This document shows, piece by piece, positions 9,334-18,722 of a stretch of DNA of 64,000 bases; the first letter of the stretch is position 1, and each line of letters begins with the position of its first letter. This stretch comes from Lachnospiraceae bacterium. Its GTDB lineage: Bacteria > Bacillota > Clostridia > Lachnospirales > Lachnospiraceae. Location: NCBI GenBank assembly GCA_004556655.1, contig SFGF01000029.1:5971-69970 (forward strand). Reading direction: 5' to 3'. Under the pieces are notes generated by a model. It did no database searches. It saw only the letters and a list, made by a program, of their open reading frames with translations, and was not told the DNA's origin. Both the position numbers and the translations under genes were made by a program.

Positions 9334-10857
9334 ATGCCAAACAAAAAAGAATATCTGCTGGGTATTGATATAGGAACCAGTGCCTGCAAGACGGCACTAT
9401 TTACCAGAGAGGGTAAGGTTGCGGCAGCGGCAACGGAGGATTATCCGGTATATTATCCCCATCCAGGGTGGGTAGAGCAGAATCCGGAAGAGTGGTGGAA
9501 CGCAGTTTGTCGGGCGATTCGAAAAGCTTTGCAGTCAGGGAAGGTTTGTCCGGAGGAGATTGCCGGGATCGGTATCGATGGCCAGAGCTGGTCAGCAATT
9601 CCCATCGATAAAGAAGGAAAAGTTATCGCTAATACACCAATCTGGATGGACACACGTGCACAGGATATCTGTGAACGTTTGAACCATGAAATAGGAAAAG
9701 ACAGAATCTTTGAACTGGCGGGGAATTCGCTTCAGCCTTCTTATACGACAGCGAAGATCATCTGGTATAAAGAGAATCTTCCTGACATGTATGAAAAAAT
9801 TGATAAGATTCTTCAGTCAAACAGTTATATAGCTTTTAAACTTACCGGAGTCACCAGTCAGGATCTTTCGCAGGGATATGGGCTGCATTGCTTTAACATG
9901 CGTAGTGGGACCTGGGATAAAGAAATGTGTAAACTTCTGGGGATTCCTGAAAGTTTTCTGCCGGATATTGTGCCTTCGGATGCTATTGTGGGTACTGTAA
10001 CTAAGAAAGCAGCCGCAGAGACAGGACTGATGGAAGGAATTCCGGTAGTTGCCGGTGGTTTGGATGCTGCTTGCGGAACGCTTGGAGCGGGAGTGATACA
10101 TCCGGGGGAAACTCAGGAACAGGGTGGACAGGCCGGAGGTATGAGTATCTGTATCGACAGTTATCAGGCAGACCCACGTCTGATTCTCGGATATCATGTG
10201 ATTCCGGGGAAATGGCTTTTGCAGGGAGGTACTGTTGGCGGAGGCGGTGTTATGCGCTGGTTTGAACGGGAATTTGCAGACTATGAGCGCAGCCGTAAAG
10301 AAGAAACCGGTAAATCTTCCCTGACTCAGTTAAATGATATTGCTGAGAAAATATCTCCTGGATGCGACGGGCTGGTGTTCCTGCCATATATGGCAGGCGA
10401 GCGGTCGCCAATCTGGGATCCGGATGCAAAAGGAGTATTTTATGGACTGGATTTCTCCAAGACAAAAGGTCATATGGTACGGGCCTGTATGGAAGGAGTT
10501 GCCTATTCTCTCAGACACAATCTGGATGTGGCAAAGGAAGCGGGAGCTGAGGCGAAGATACTCCGGGCAATGGGCGGTTCTGCCAATTCCCTTTTGTGGA
10601 CACAGATTAAGGCGGATATTACAGGGAAATCTATCGTGGTACCTTCTTCTGATACAGCCACCACACTGGGTGCAGCCATGCTTGCGGGAGTAGCTGTAGG
10701 CATGTACCGTGATTATGAGGAAGCAACGGCCCTGACAGTAAAAGAAACACGGCGTCACGAACCGAATCCGGGCAATCGTGAAAAATATGAGAAAAATTAT
10801 CACACATATCTTGCGCTGTATGAGTCATTAAAAGCGTTGATGAAGGAGGTTGATTAA
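9334..10857 (+). CDS. FGGY-family carbohydrate kinase (xylulokinase-like)
   Basis: LGIDIGTSACK, GWVEQNP, IWMDTR, FLPYMAGERSP, EGVAY and MGGSANS. Confidence 0.9.
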   Translation: MPNKKEYLLGIDIGTSACKTALFTREGKVAAAATEDYPVYYPHPGWVEQNPEEWWNAVCRAIRKALQSGKVCPEEIAGIGIDGQSWSAIPIDKEGKVIANTPIWMDTRAQDICERLNHEIGKDRIFELAGNSLQPSYTTAKIIWYKENLPDMYEKIDKILQSNSYIAFKLTGVTSQDLSQGYGLHCFNMRSGTWDKEMCKLLGIPESFLPDIVPSDAIVGTVTKKAAAETGLMEGIPVVAGGLDAACGTLGAGVIHPGETQEQGGQAGGMSICIDSYQADPRLILGYHVIPGKWLLQGGTVGGGGVMRWFEREFADYERSRKEETGKSSLTQLNDIAEKISPGCDGLVFLPYMAGERSPIWDPDAKGVFYGLDFSKTKGHMVRACMEGVAYSLRHNLDVAKEAGAEAKILRAMGGSANSLLWTQIKADITGKSIVVPSSDTATTLGAAMLAGVAVGMYRDYEEATALTVKETRRHEPNPGNREKYEKNYHTYLALYESLKALMKEVD

Positions 10858-11907
10858 ATGAAAGCAGCAGTAGTTGTAGCAAATGAAGATGTACGGTATC
10901 AGGAGGTCGAGGAACCACAGGCAGGGCCGGGAATGGTAAAGGTAAAGGTCGTTGCATCCGGAATCTGTGGTTCTGATATTCCGAGAGTACTTCATAATGG
11001 TGTCCATTTTTATCCGATTGTACTGGGTCATGAATTTTCCGGTGATGTGGTAGAAGTCGGCGAAGGTGTAACAAAGGTAAAAGTAGGTGACAGAGTGTCG
11101 GGAGCACCGCTTCTTCCCTGTATGAAATGTGATGACTGTCAGAATGGAAATTATTCTCTCTGCAAGCACTATAGCTTCATCGGTTCCCGTCAGCAGGGAA
11201 GCAATGCGGATTATGTAGTGATTCCAGAACAGAATGCGATTCCCTTTGATTCTTCTATCCCATATGAACAGGGAGCTATGTTCGAGCCGTCTACAGTAGC
11301 TCTTCATGGTCTGCTTCAGAATGATTATCAGGGCGGTCAGTACGTGGCAATCCTGGGTGGAGGTACCATCGGAATGTTCACCATGCAGTGGGCGAAGATT
11401 TTCGGTTCAAAAAAAGTAGTAGTTTTTGATATCAGTGAGAAGCGTCTTGCACTTGCAAAACGCCTGGGTGCTGATGAAGTGATTAATACTACAAAAGAAA
11501 ACTTTATGGAAGAAGCTATGGCAATCACAGGAGGAAAAGGTTACGGCTTTGTATATGAGACTGCGGGACAGGTTCCTACCATGCATATGGCATTTGAACT
11601 GGCGGCAAATAAATCTCATGTATGTTTTATCGGAACTCCTCATGTAGATCTGACCTTTACACCAAAGATGTGGGAAAATATGAATCGAAAAGAATTTAAA
11701 CTGACTGGTTCATGGATGTCTTACAGTTCTCCGTTCCCGGGAAAAGAGTGGGATCTGACAGCGCATTATTTTGCTACGGGACAGCTAAAATTTGACCCGG
11801 ATTTTATTTATAAGAAAATGCCAATGAGTCAGGCACAGGAAGCTTTTCAGATGTATAAGACACCGGGACTGGTTCAGGGAAAGATTCTTCTGATGAATGA
11901 GGAGTAA
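10858..11907 (+). CDS. Zn-dependent polyol-phosphate dehydrogenase (galactitol-1-phosphate 5-dehydrogenase, GatD-like)
   Basis: GICGSD, LGHEFSG, structural Zn motif CxxCxxC..C, GGGTIG, and the GatD-like C-terminus GSWMSYSSPFPGKEW. Confidence 0.85.
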   Translation: MKAAVVVANEDVRYQEVEEPQAGPGMVKVKVVASGICGSDIPRVLHNGVHFYPIVLGHEFSGDVVEVGEGVTKVKVGDRVSGAPLLPCMKCDDCQNGNYSLCKHYSFIGSRQQGSNADYVVIPEQNAIPFDSSIPYEQGAMFEPSTVALHGLLQNDYQGGQYVAILGGGTIGMFTMQWAKIFGSKKVVVFDISEKRLALAKRLGADEVINTTKENFMEEAMAITGGKGYGFVYETAGQVPTMHMAFELAANKSHVCFIGTPHVDLTFTPKMWENMNRKEFKLTGSWMSYSSPFPGKEWDLTAHYFATGQLKFDPDFIYKKMPMSQAQEAFQMYKTPGLVQGKILLMNEE

Positions 11908-11911
11908 TAGT

Positions 11912-12844
11912 ATGATTCTTACAGTGACAGCCAATGCCGCCATCGATAAACGGTATGTGGTGGAAGGTTTTGGTGTGGGAAATGTAAACAGAGTAAAATC
12001 CTGTGCGGCTACTGCAGGTGGAAAAGGGCTGAATGTATCAAGAGTTGCCCATCTTGCGGGAGAACAGGTGACAGCTACAGGTTTTCTTGGAGGGCATGCA
12101 GGAGCGTTTATTGATGAACATGTCAAATCGGAAGGAATTATCAGTGATTTTGTCTGGTGTAACGGAGAAAGCCGTACCTGCATCAATATATGGGATGAGG
12201 TAAATGAGAAACAGACCGAATTTTTGGAACCGGGTTTTTCTGTTTCAGAATATGAACTAGATAAAATGCGATACAAATTTGACAGAATGTTGACGAAGTG
12301 TGATCTTGTAACCATATCCGGAAGTACACCGAAAGGGACAGATGCGGGTCTTTATAAAGAAATGATTCGCAAAGTAAAGAATGCAGGAAAAAAAGTGATT
12401 CTGGATACCAGCGGAAGATTGTTGGAAGAGTGCTTACAGGCACAGCCATCTATGATTAAGCCGAATATCGATGAGATTCGAATGCTTACCGGAAGACCGA
12501 TGAATACCAGAGAAGCTCTGATACGCGCAGCAATAGAAATCCATGACGAGGGGATCGAGGTAGTGGTCATATCGTTGGGAGGTGACGGTTCTCTGGTGGC
12601 CTGTGAAGAAGGCGTTTATCAGGTACGGGTTCCGAAGATTCAGGCGGTGAATACCGTGGGCTGCGGCGATTCTATGATTGCGGGATTTGCGGTGGGATTT
12701 GTCAGAAATCTTCCGATCGAAGAAACCATCCGTCTTGCCAGTGCCATTTCAGCGGCCAATGCACTTCGTCTGGAGACAGGGTTTTTCCTGAAAAAAGATA
12801 TGGAAAAACTATTACCGGATATTGAAATAAAGAAATTACGCTGA
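11912..12844 (+). CDS. PfkB-family hexose-phosphate kinase (1-phosphofructokinase / tagatose-6-phosphate kinase LacC-like)
   Basis: MILTVTANAAID, GGKGLNVSR, IKPN, SLGGDG and NTVGCGDSM. Confidence 0.9.
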   Translation: MILTVTANAAIDKRYVVEGFGVGNVNRVKSCAATAGGKGLNVSRVAHLAGEQVTATGFLGGHAGAFIDEHVKSEGIISDFVWCNGESRTCINIWDEVNEKQTEFLEPGFSVSEYELDKMRYKFDRMLTKCDLVTISGSTPKGTDAGLYKEMIRKVKNAGKKVILDTSGRLLEECLQAQPSMIKPNIDEIRMLTGRPMNTREALIRAAIEIHDEGIEVVVISLGGDGSLVACEEGVYQVRVPKIQAVNTVGCGDSMIAGFAVGFVRNLPIEETIRLASAISAANALRLETGFFLKKDMEKLLPDIEIKKLR

Positions 12845-12967
12845 ATGAAAAATTAGCGAGAGTACAGGACAGTGTGAAATAGAATAATTGGATAGTAATA
12901 GCAGAAAAACAGAATAGTAGACAAAATAGAATCACAAAAAGTTTGAAAAGACAGGAGGAAAGAAAAG

Positions 12968-13978
12968 ATGACAAAAGTAAATCCGGAAAGTGTTCCTCAG
13001 AGAATATTGTATACAGGAGCAAAAATGCCGGCAGTAGGAATGGGAACCTTTGGTTCTGATCATGTGACGCCGGACGAGGTAGCAAAAGCAGTAGCGGGTG
13101 CCATAGAAGTTGGATATCGTTCTTTTGACTGTGCGGCATGTTATGGAAATGAAGCGAAAATAGGAGAAGTATTTGCAGATGCTTTTGCAAAGGGAACGGT
13201 AAAAAGAGAGGAATTATTTATTGCATCCAAAGTGTGGAATGATATGCATGGAGATGGAGACGTTCTGATTGCCTGTGCAAAGACGCTGAAGGATCTGCAG
13301 TTGGATTATTTGGATATGTATTATGTTCACTGGCCATTCCCGAATTATCATGCACCGGGATGTGATGTGGATTCCAGAAACCCGGATTCCAAACCATTTT
13401 CTGTAGACCGTTTCATGAAAACATGGCGTCAGATGGAACGTCTGGTGGATATGGGGCTGACAAAGCATATCGGAATGTCTAATATGACAATACCGAAGCT
13501 GGAAGCAGTACTGCCACTGTGTCGTATCAAGCCTGCAGCTATTGAAATGGAACTTCATCCATGTTTCCAACAACCGGAATTGTTTACGTACTGCAAAGAA
13601 AAAGGGATTGAACCGGTAGGATTCTGCCCGATCGGCTCACCGGCCCGTCCGGAAAGAGACAAAACACCGGAAGATATTACTGATATTGAACTTCCCGAGA
13701 TGAAAGCAATTGCTGAAGCACATGGAGTACATCCGGCAGTAATCTGCATCAAATGGGCAGTACAGAGAGGTCAGACACCAATTCCTTTCTCTACAAAAGA
13801 GAAAAACTATGTGAAAAACCTTCAATGTGCAACAGAAGATCCATTGACAGAGGAAGAAATGAAAATCATGGAAGGGCTGGATAAAAACAATCGTTTGATC
13901 AAAGGACAGGTATTCCTTTGGCCGGGAGCTAATGACTGGGAAGATCTGTGGGATCTGGATGGAGTCATTACAAAATAA
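12968..13978 (+). CDS. Aldo/keto reductase (aldose reductase-like)
   Basis: VGMGTF, FDCAACYGNE (catalytic D/Y), IASKVWN (K), VHWP (H), IGMSN and IPFS. Confidence 0.92.
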   Translation: MTKVNPESVPQRILYTGAKMPAVGMGTFGSDHVTPDEVAKAVAGAIEVGYRSFDCAACYGNEAKIGEVFADAFAKGTVKREELFIASKVWNDMHGDGDVLIACAKTLKDLQLDYLDMYYVHWPFPNYHAPGCDVDSRNPDSKPFSVDRFMKTWRQMERLVDMGLTKHIGMSNMTIPKLEAVLPLCRIKPAAIEMELHPCFQQPELFTYCKEKGIEPVGFCPIGSPARPERDKTPEDITDIELPEMKAIAEAHGVHPAVICIKWAVQRGQTPIPFSTKEKNYVKNLQCATEDPLTEEEMKIMEGLDKNNRLIKGQVFLWPGANDWEDLWDLDGVITK

Positions 13979-14008
13979 AAGAATTTGCTCGTAAAAATAG
14001 TATGAAGT

Positions 14009-14058
14009 AAATAAAGTGTTCCCCTACTTTTATGTTTTTGAAGGGGAGCACTTTATTT
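14009..14058 (+). terminator. Intrinsic terminator ending the aldolase-AKR operon
   Basis: AAATAAAGTGTTCCCCT / AGGGGAGCACTTTATTT inverted repeat. Confidence 0.75.
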
Positions 14059-14191
14059 GTTTCAACCCATAAAATGATGGAGTTCGTCTATGCAAAATCC
14101 CGTTTTTTTGTTACAATATAATATAGTGGAAAGAATTTCCTGAAAAATGTTTGAGGAGAGGGAGACTTTTTTCGGGTTTTATGGAGGTATT

Positions 14192-15817
14192 ATGATGTAT
14201 CGTGTATTGCTGGTTGATGACGAAATACTTGTTCGAGATGCCATCAGAAAGCGTATTGATTGGGAAGGTCTTGGTTACGAATTGGCGGGCGACTGTCAGA
14301 ATGGGAAAGAGGCAATTGAGTTTGTTAAAACGCATTCGGTTGATGTGGTGCTGACAGATATCTGTATGCCTTATGTGGACGGAATGGAGTTGAGTCATTT
14401 TTTACATGACAATTATCCGGAGATCCTGATTGTTATATTCAGCGGTTTTGGAGAGTTTGAATATGCGAAGAAAGCCATTCAGTATAATGTGAGTGAATAT
14501 TTGTTAAAGCCTGTGACTGCTGTGGAATTGTCGGAGGTACTTGTCAATATGAGAAAGAAACTGGAGTCTGCCAGAAAAGAAGAGCAGAAGATTCAGCATT
14601 TGACAAAAGTGTCCAAGGAATATCAGAAAAATGAACAGATGATCCGTTCCCAGGCAATTTCTTCCCTTGTCACATGTTCAAAAGATATGGGAGAATGTGT
14701 ACAAAATCTGAATAATATGGGGATTTCGCTGGATGCGTCGGATTATCGGGTAGCGGTACTGAGTATTGATCTGTATTCCGAGCTATATGAGCAGAATATA
14801 GAACAAAGGCAGGAAAGTGCTCTGATGGCTTTTGTTGTCTACAATATCAGTGATGAGATCGTCGGTAATTATGATGCCGGCATTGCTTATCAGGAATCCA
14901 ATAATAAGACAGGAATCCTGTTTAAAACAAATCGACCAAGAGAATTCTGTACTACGGTTCGAAAAATCTGTTATGAGATAAAGGAAAAAATATATGAAGC
15001 CATGAAGCTGGAAATATCGATTGCCGTAGGTCCTTATGTAAAAAAACTGGAGGAACTGCATTTTTCTTATGACCGCGCAAATGAAGTACTCAGTTATCGG
15101 TATCTTCTGGGCGGCAATCTACTGCTTGATCTTGAAAATGATGATGATTTTGAGCGAGATATTTCCTTATACAATGAACTTTTGGCCATGTCAGAAGCAG
15201 TTCGTAAAAATCAGAGACAGGAACTGGACAGAATTCTGATCAAGATTCGAAATAAAATAGTCGAGAGCCGGGTGAACAAAAGCAGAGCTTGTCTGTATAT
15301 GCAGCAGGTTGTCAGGACTTTAAGTGAACTGGTGGAAAAGGTACATCCGGACCCACGAAAGATTCAGGAAGAACGAAACCAGCTTCTGGGGAAAATATCT
15401 GAGAAAAAGACGTTTCAGAAAGCATTTGATGTGGTGGTTCGTTATGCGGAAGGTGTTTATGATTATCTGAAAATGGAAAACAGTTCATCAGGTAAACGTC
15501 AGGCTATGGAAGCTGTGGAATATATAAAAGAAAATTATGCAGATCCCGATCTGAATTTGAATGGGATCTGTGCACATCTGGGGATCAGTACCAGTCATTT
15601 CAGTTCCATATTTAAGGAAGAGACAGGAGAGACTTTTATGGAGTTCCTGATCCGGATTCGGATGGACAAAGCAAAAGATCTTCTGGAACATACTTCACTT
15701 AAAAACTATGAGATTGCGGAAAGAGTTGGTTTTGCCGATCCGCATTATTTTGGTATTTCATTTAAGAAAATGACCGGGAAGACACCAACGGAATATGCAA
15801 AGGGGAAACGCCGATGA
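14192..15817 (+). CDS. Response regulator with C-terminal AraC HTH (YesN-like)
   Basis: Receiver VLLVDDE, TDICMP and YLLKP. C-terminal AraC motif EIAERVGFADPHYF..FKKMTGKTPTEY. Confidence 0.93.
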   Translation: MMYRVLLVDDEILVRDAIRKRIDWEGLGYELAGDCQNGKEAIEFVKTHSVDVVLTDICMPYVDGMELSHFLHDNYPEILIVIFSGFGEFEYAKKAIQYNVSEYLLKPVTAVELSEVLVNMRKKLESARKEEQKIQHLTKVSKEYQKNEQMIRSQAISSLVTCSKDMGECVQNLNNMGISLDASDYRVAVLSIDLYSELYEQNIEQRQESALMAFVVYNISDEIVGNYDAGIAYQESNNKTGILFKTNRPREFCTTVRKICYEIKEKIYEAMKLEISIAVGPYVKKLEELHFSYDRANEVLSYRYLLGGNLLLDLENDDDFERDISLYNELLAMSEAVRKNQRQELDRILIKIRNKIVESRVNKSRACLYMQQVVRTLSELVEKVHPDPRKIQEERNQLLGKISEKKTFQKAFDVVVRYAEGVYDYLKMENSSSGKRQAMEAVEYIKENYADPDLNLNGICAHLGISTSHFSSIFKEETGETFMEFLIRIRMDKAKDLLEHTSLKNYEIAERVGFADPHYFGISFKKMTGKTPTEYAKGKRR

Positions 15818-17610
15818 ATAAAAACAGACATGCCGGAGTGCTTTTGGGAAAATTCCGGAGCATACAGAATGCCATTTTTCTGGTAATGGCTCTGCTTGTT
15901 CTTTCTGCAATCGGTATCGTGACTGTGATTTCTTTGAACTTTACCAGAACTTCTATTTATGAGAATACGATTACATATACCCGTCAGCTGACCGGGCAGG
16001 TAAACAGCGATATAGATTCTTATATTAATTATATGGAAAATATTTCGTCTATGCTTGCTGAAAATTCGGATGTACAGAAATTTCTGTTTGGATCCGGTAT
16101 TCAGGCGGAGGAAGCGGGGGAACAGTTAATGTCACAGTTTGCTACGGTGTTGAACAGTCGGTCAGACATTTACAATCTGGGAATTCTTCAGGCGAATGGA
16201 AAAGCTCTTTTCAACAAGGGAAACAGTTACATTAATTCTTATGTGGATATCAGTCAGCTGGCATGGTATAAGGAAGCAGTGGAGAATAAAGATTCTATTT
16301 GTCTTTCTTCTGCCCATGTTCAGCATGTCATCAGCGGGGAGCGCCCGTGGGTAATTACTCTGAGCCGCTACATACCTGATCAGACAGGAAAAAAAGAGGG
16401 TGGTGTACTTTTTGTGGATTTGAACTACAGTGCGATTCGAAAATTGTGCGATGACAGCAGTGTAGGAAAAAAGGGATATATTTTTATCATTGATAAAGAA
16501 GGCAATATTGTGTACCATCCACAGCAGCAACAGCTTTATAACGAACTGCAGACAGAGAATATTGAGGAAGTAATGAATTGTACGTCAGATTATCTGGAAC
16601 TGGGGAAAGGTGATTCTAAAAAACTGTATACGGTTTCCAGATCCGAGAAGACGGGCTGGACGGTAGTAAGCTGCTCTTATACTTCGGAACTTTTAAAAAG
16701 ATCGAATCAGGCGCAGGAATTGTATATGCTGATGGCAGTGATTCTTGTGGCGGTTGCCTTGATTATATCAAGTATCGTATCGAAGGGCATTACCCGTCCG
16801 ATCCATAAGCTGCAGTCCTCTATGGCACTGATCCAGGAGGGTGATTTCCAGGCTGGAAATGTGGAAGTGGATTCACGCAACGAAATTGGAAGTCTGACGG
16901 AGACTTTCAATGTTATGACACAGAAAATTCAGGAACTGATGGTGCAGATTATTGAAGAACAGCAGGCTAAAAGAAAAAGTGAGCTGAAAGCACTGCAGTC
17001 GCAGATCAATCCGCATTTTTTGTATAATACACTTGATTCTATCATCTGGATGGCAGAAGAAGGAAAGAACGAAGAAGTTGTAGTAATGACCGCTTCTCTT
17101 GCAAAATTATTTCGTCAGATCATCAGTAATGAAGAGGAGGAAATTTCTATTTTCCAGGAGGTGGAATATTGCAGAAATTATCTTATCATTCAGAAAATGC
17201 GTTATAAAGACAAACTGGAATTTGAGATTGATCTGGATCCGGATATTAAGGGCGAAAAAATCATCAAGCTGGTTCTTCAGCCTCTGATAGAAAATGCTAT
17301 TTATCATGGCCTGAAATATAAAGAGAGCAAAGGAATGCTTATACTGAAAGGCTATGGGCTGGAGGATGACATTATATTTGAAATCATAGATAACGGTGTG
17401 GGTATGGATCAGGATACCATGGAACACATTTTTGAACGCCATAAAGTGAATTATCGTTCAAACGGCGTAGGTGTGTACAATGTGGAACGAAGGATCCGGC
17501 TGTCTTATGGTCAGGAATACGGAATCTCATACAAGAGCAAATTAGGTGAAGGAACGGTTGCAACAGTGAAGATACCGAAAGAGCGGAGGGATGTTCATGA
17601 AAAAGCATAA
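15814..17610 (+). CDS. Sensor histidine kinase (YesM/LytS-like; Cache + HAMP)
   Basis: Two TM segments, ALQSQINPHFLYNTL, LQPLIENA, DNGVG and GVGVYNV. Start overlaps the response regulator stop. Confidence 0.93.
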   Translation: MNKNRHAGVLLGKFRSIQNAIFLVMALLVLSAIGIVTVISLNFTRTSIYENTITYTRQLTGQVNSDIDSYINYMENISSMLAENSDVQKFLFGSGIQAEEAGEQLMSQFATVLNSRSDIYNLGILQANGKALFNKGNSYINSYVDISQLAWYKEAVENKDSICLSSAHVQHVISGERPWVITLSRYIPDQTGKKEGGVLFVDLNYSAIRKLCDDSSVGKKGYIFIIDKEGNIVYHPQQQQLYNELQTENIEEVMNCTSDYLELGKGDSKKLYTVSRSEKTGWTVVSCSYTSELLKRSNQAQELYMLMAVILVAVALIISSIVSKGITRPIHKLQSSMALIQEGDFQAGNVEVDSRNEIGSLTETFNVMTQKIQELMVQIIEEQQAKRKSELKALQSQINPHFLYNTLDSIIWMAEEGKNEEVVVMTASLAKLFRQIISNEEEEISIFQEVEYCRNYLIIQKMRYKDKLEFEIDLDPDIKGEKIIKLVLQPLIENAIYHGLKYKESKGMLILKGYGLEDDIIFEIIDNGVGMDQDTMEHIFERHKVNYRSNGVGVYNVERRIRLSYGQEYGISYKSKLGEGTVATVKIPKERRDVHEKA

Positions 17611-18580
17611 AGGATGGATTGTTCTGATTTTTATGATGATTCTTGCCTTATCGGTTGTGGGAATATATGGATACAGGCGTCAGATAAAGGAGAGTAAAGA
17701 AATTACTCTTGTATATATTCCCAAAATTATTGATGAAACCAATGATTTCTGGACTACATTAATAGCAGGCGCTAATACTGCGGCAGAAGAATATGGTGCT
17801 GTTCTTGAGGTAAAAGCGCCTGAATCTGAGACGGACTATGAGGGACAGAATGCATATCTGAAAGAAATTCTGGAAAGAGAGGAAAAACCGGATGCACTTC
17901 TGATTTCTCCGGTCAGTTATACACAGAGTACGGAACTTCTGAAAGAGATTAAAGCACAAGGTATCCGCCTGGTGATGATTGACTCCAATATTGATGAAAA
18001 TATTGAAGACATTCAGGTGTCTACAGATAATCTGGAAGCAGGAAAAAAACTGGGAGAATATGCAGCATCCCTTCTTGAAGAAGGAAAAAAAGTTGCAGTT
18101 GTTGGACACGTGGAAGGGTCTTCGACAGCTATTGAGAGAGAACAGGGTTTCCGGGAAGGTCTGGGAGATAAGGCGGACGCATTTACAGAAGTGGTATATT
18201 GTGGTTCTCAATATGAGAAAGCGTATGAACTTGCTGCAGAATTGATGGAGAAATATCCTGATCTTGGAGTGATTGCAGGACTAAATGAATACTCCGCCCG
18301 GGGTGCAGCAAGAGCCGTGCGGGATGCGGGAGCTCAGGATCAGATCAGTATGGTCGGAATCGACAGTTCACAGGAAGAAATCAATTTGATGGAACAGGGT
18401 ATCTTTAAAGGATTTGTGATCCAGAAACCTTTTAAGATGGGATATCTTGGAGTTAAATATACGATTGAGATGCTGAAAGGCGAAGAAGTTCCCCGGCAGG
18501 TAGACGCAGGAAGTGAACTGGTCACCCCCGAAAACATGTACACCGGAGAAAACGAAAAACTCTTGTTTCCGTTCAAATAA
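17597..18580 (+). CDS. Membrane-anchored sugar-binding protein, probable accessory sensor of the two-component system
   Basis: N-terminal TM, RbsB-like fold (TDNLEAG, VGIDS, IQKPFKMGYLG). Overlaps the kinase gene. Confidence 0.82.
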   Translation: MKKHKGWIVLIFMMILALSVVGIYGYRRQIKESKEITLVYIPKIIDETNDFWTTLIAGANTAAEEYGAVLEVKAPESETDYEGQNAYLKEILEREEKPDALLISPVSYTQSTELLKEIKAQGIRLVMIDSNIDENIEDIQVSTDNLEAGKKLGEYAASLLEEGKKVAVVGHVEGSSTAIEREQGFREGLGDKADAFTEVVYCGSQYEKAYELAAELMEKYPDLGVIAGLNEYSARGAARAVRDAGAQDQISMVGIDSSQEEINLMEQGIFKGFVIQKPFKMGYLGVKYTIEMLKGEEVPRQVDAGSELVTPENMYTGENEKLLFPFK

Positions 18581-18722
18581 ATTTAACCGTAAATTTTTAA
18601 CCTTTTTTTAGAAAATATTCCATTCAACTATTCATAATTTAGACATATACTATTCACATAATCCATGAATGTGGAGTGAAAAGACCCAAAACGATAAACG
18701 GGCGGAAATGGAAGGTGGAGAG

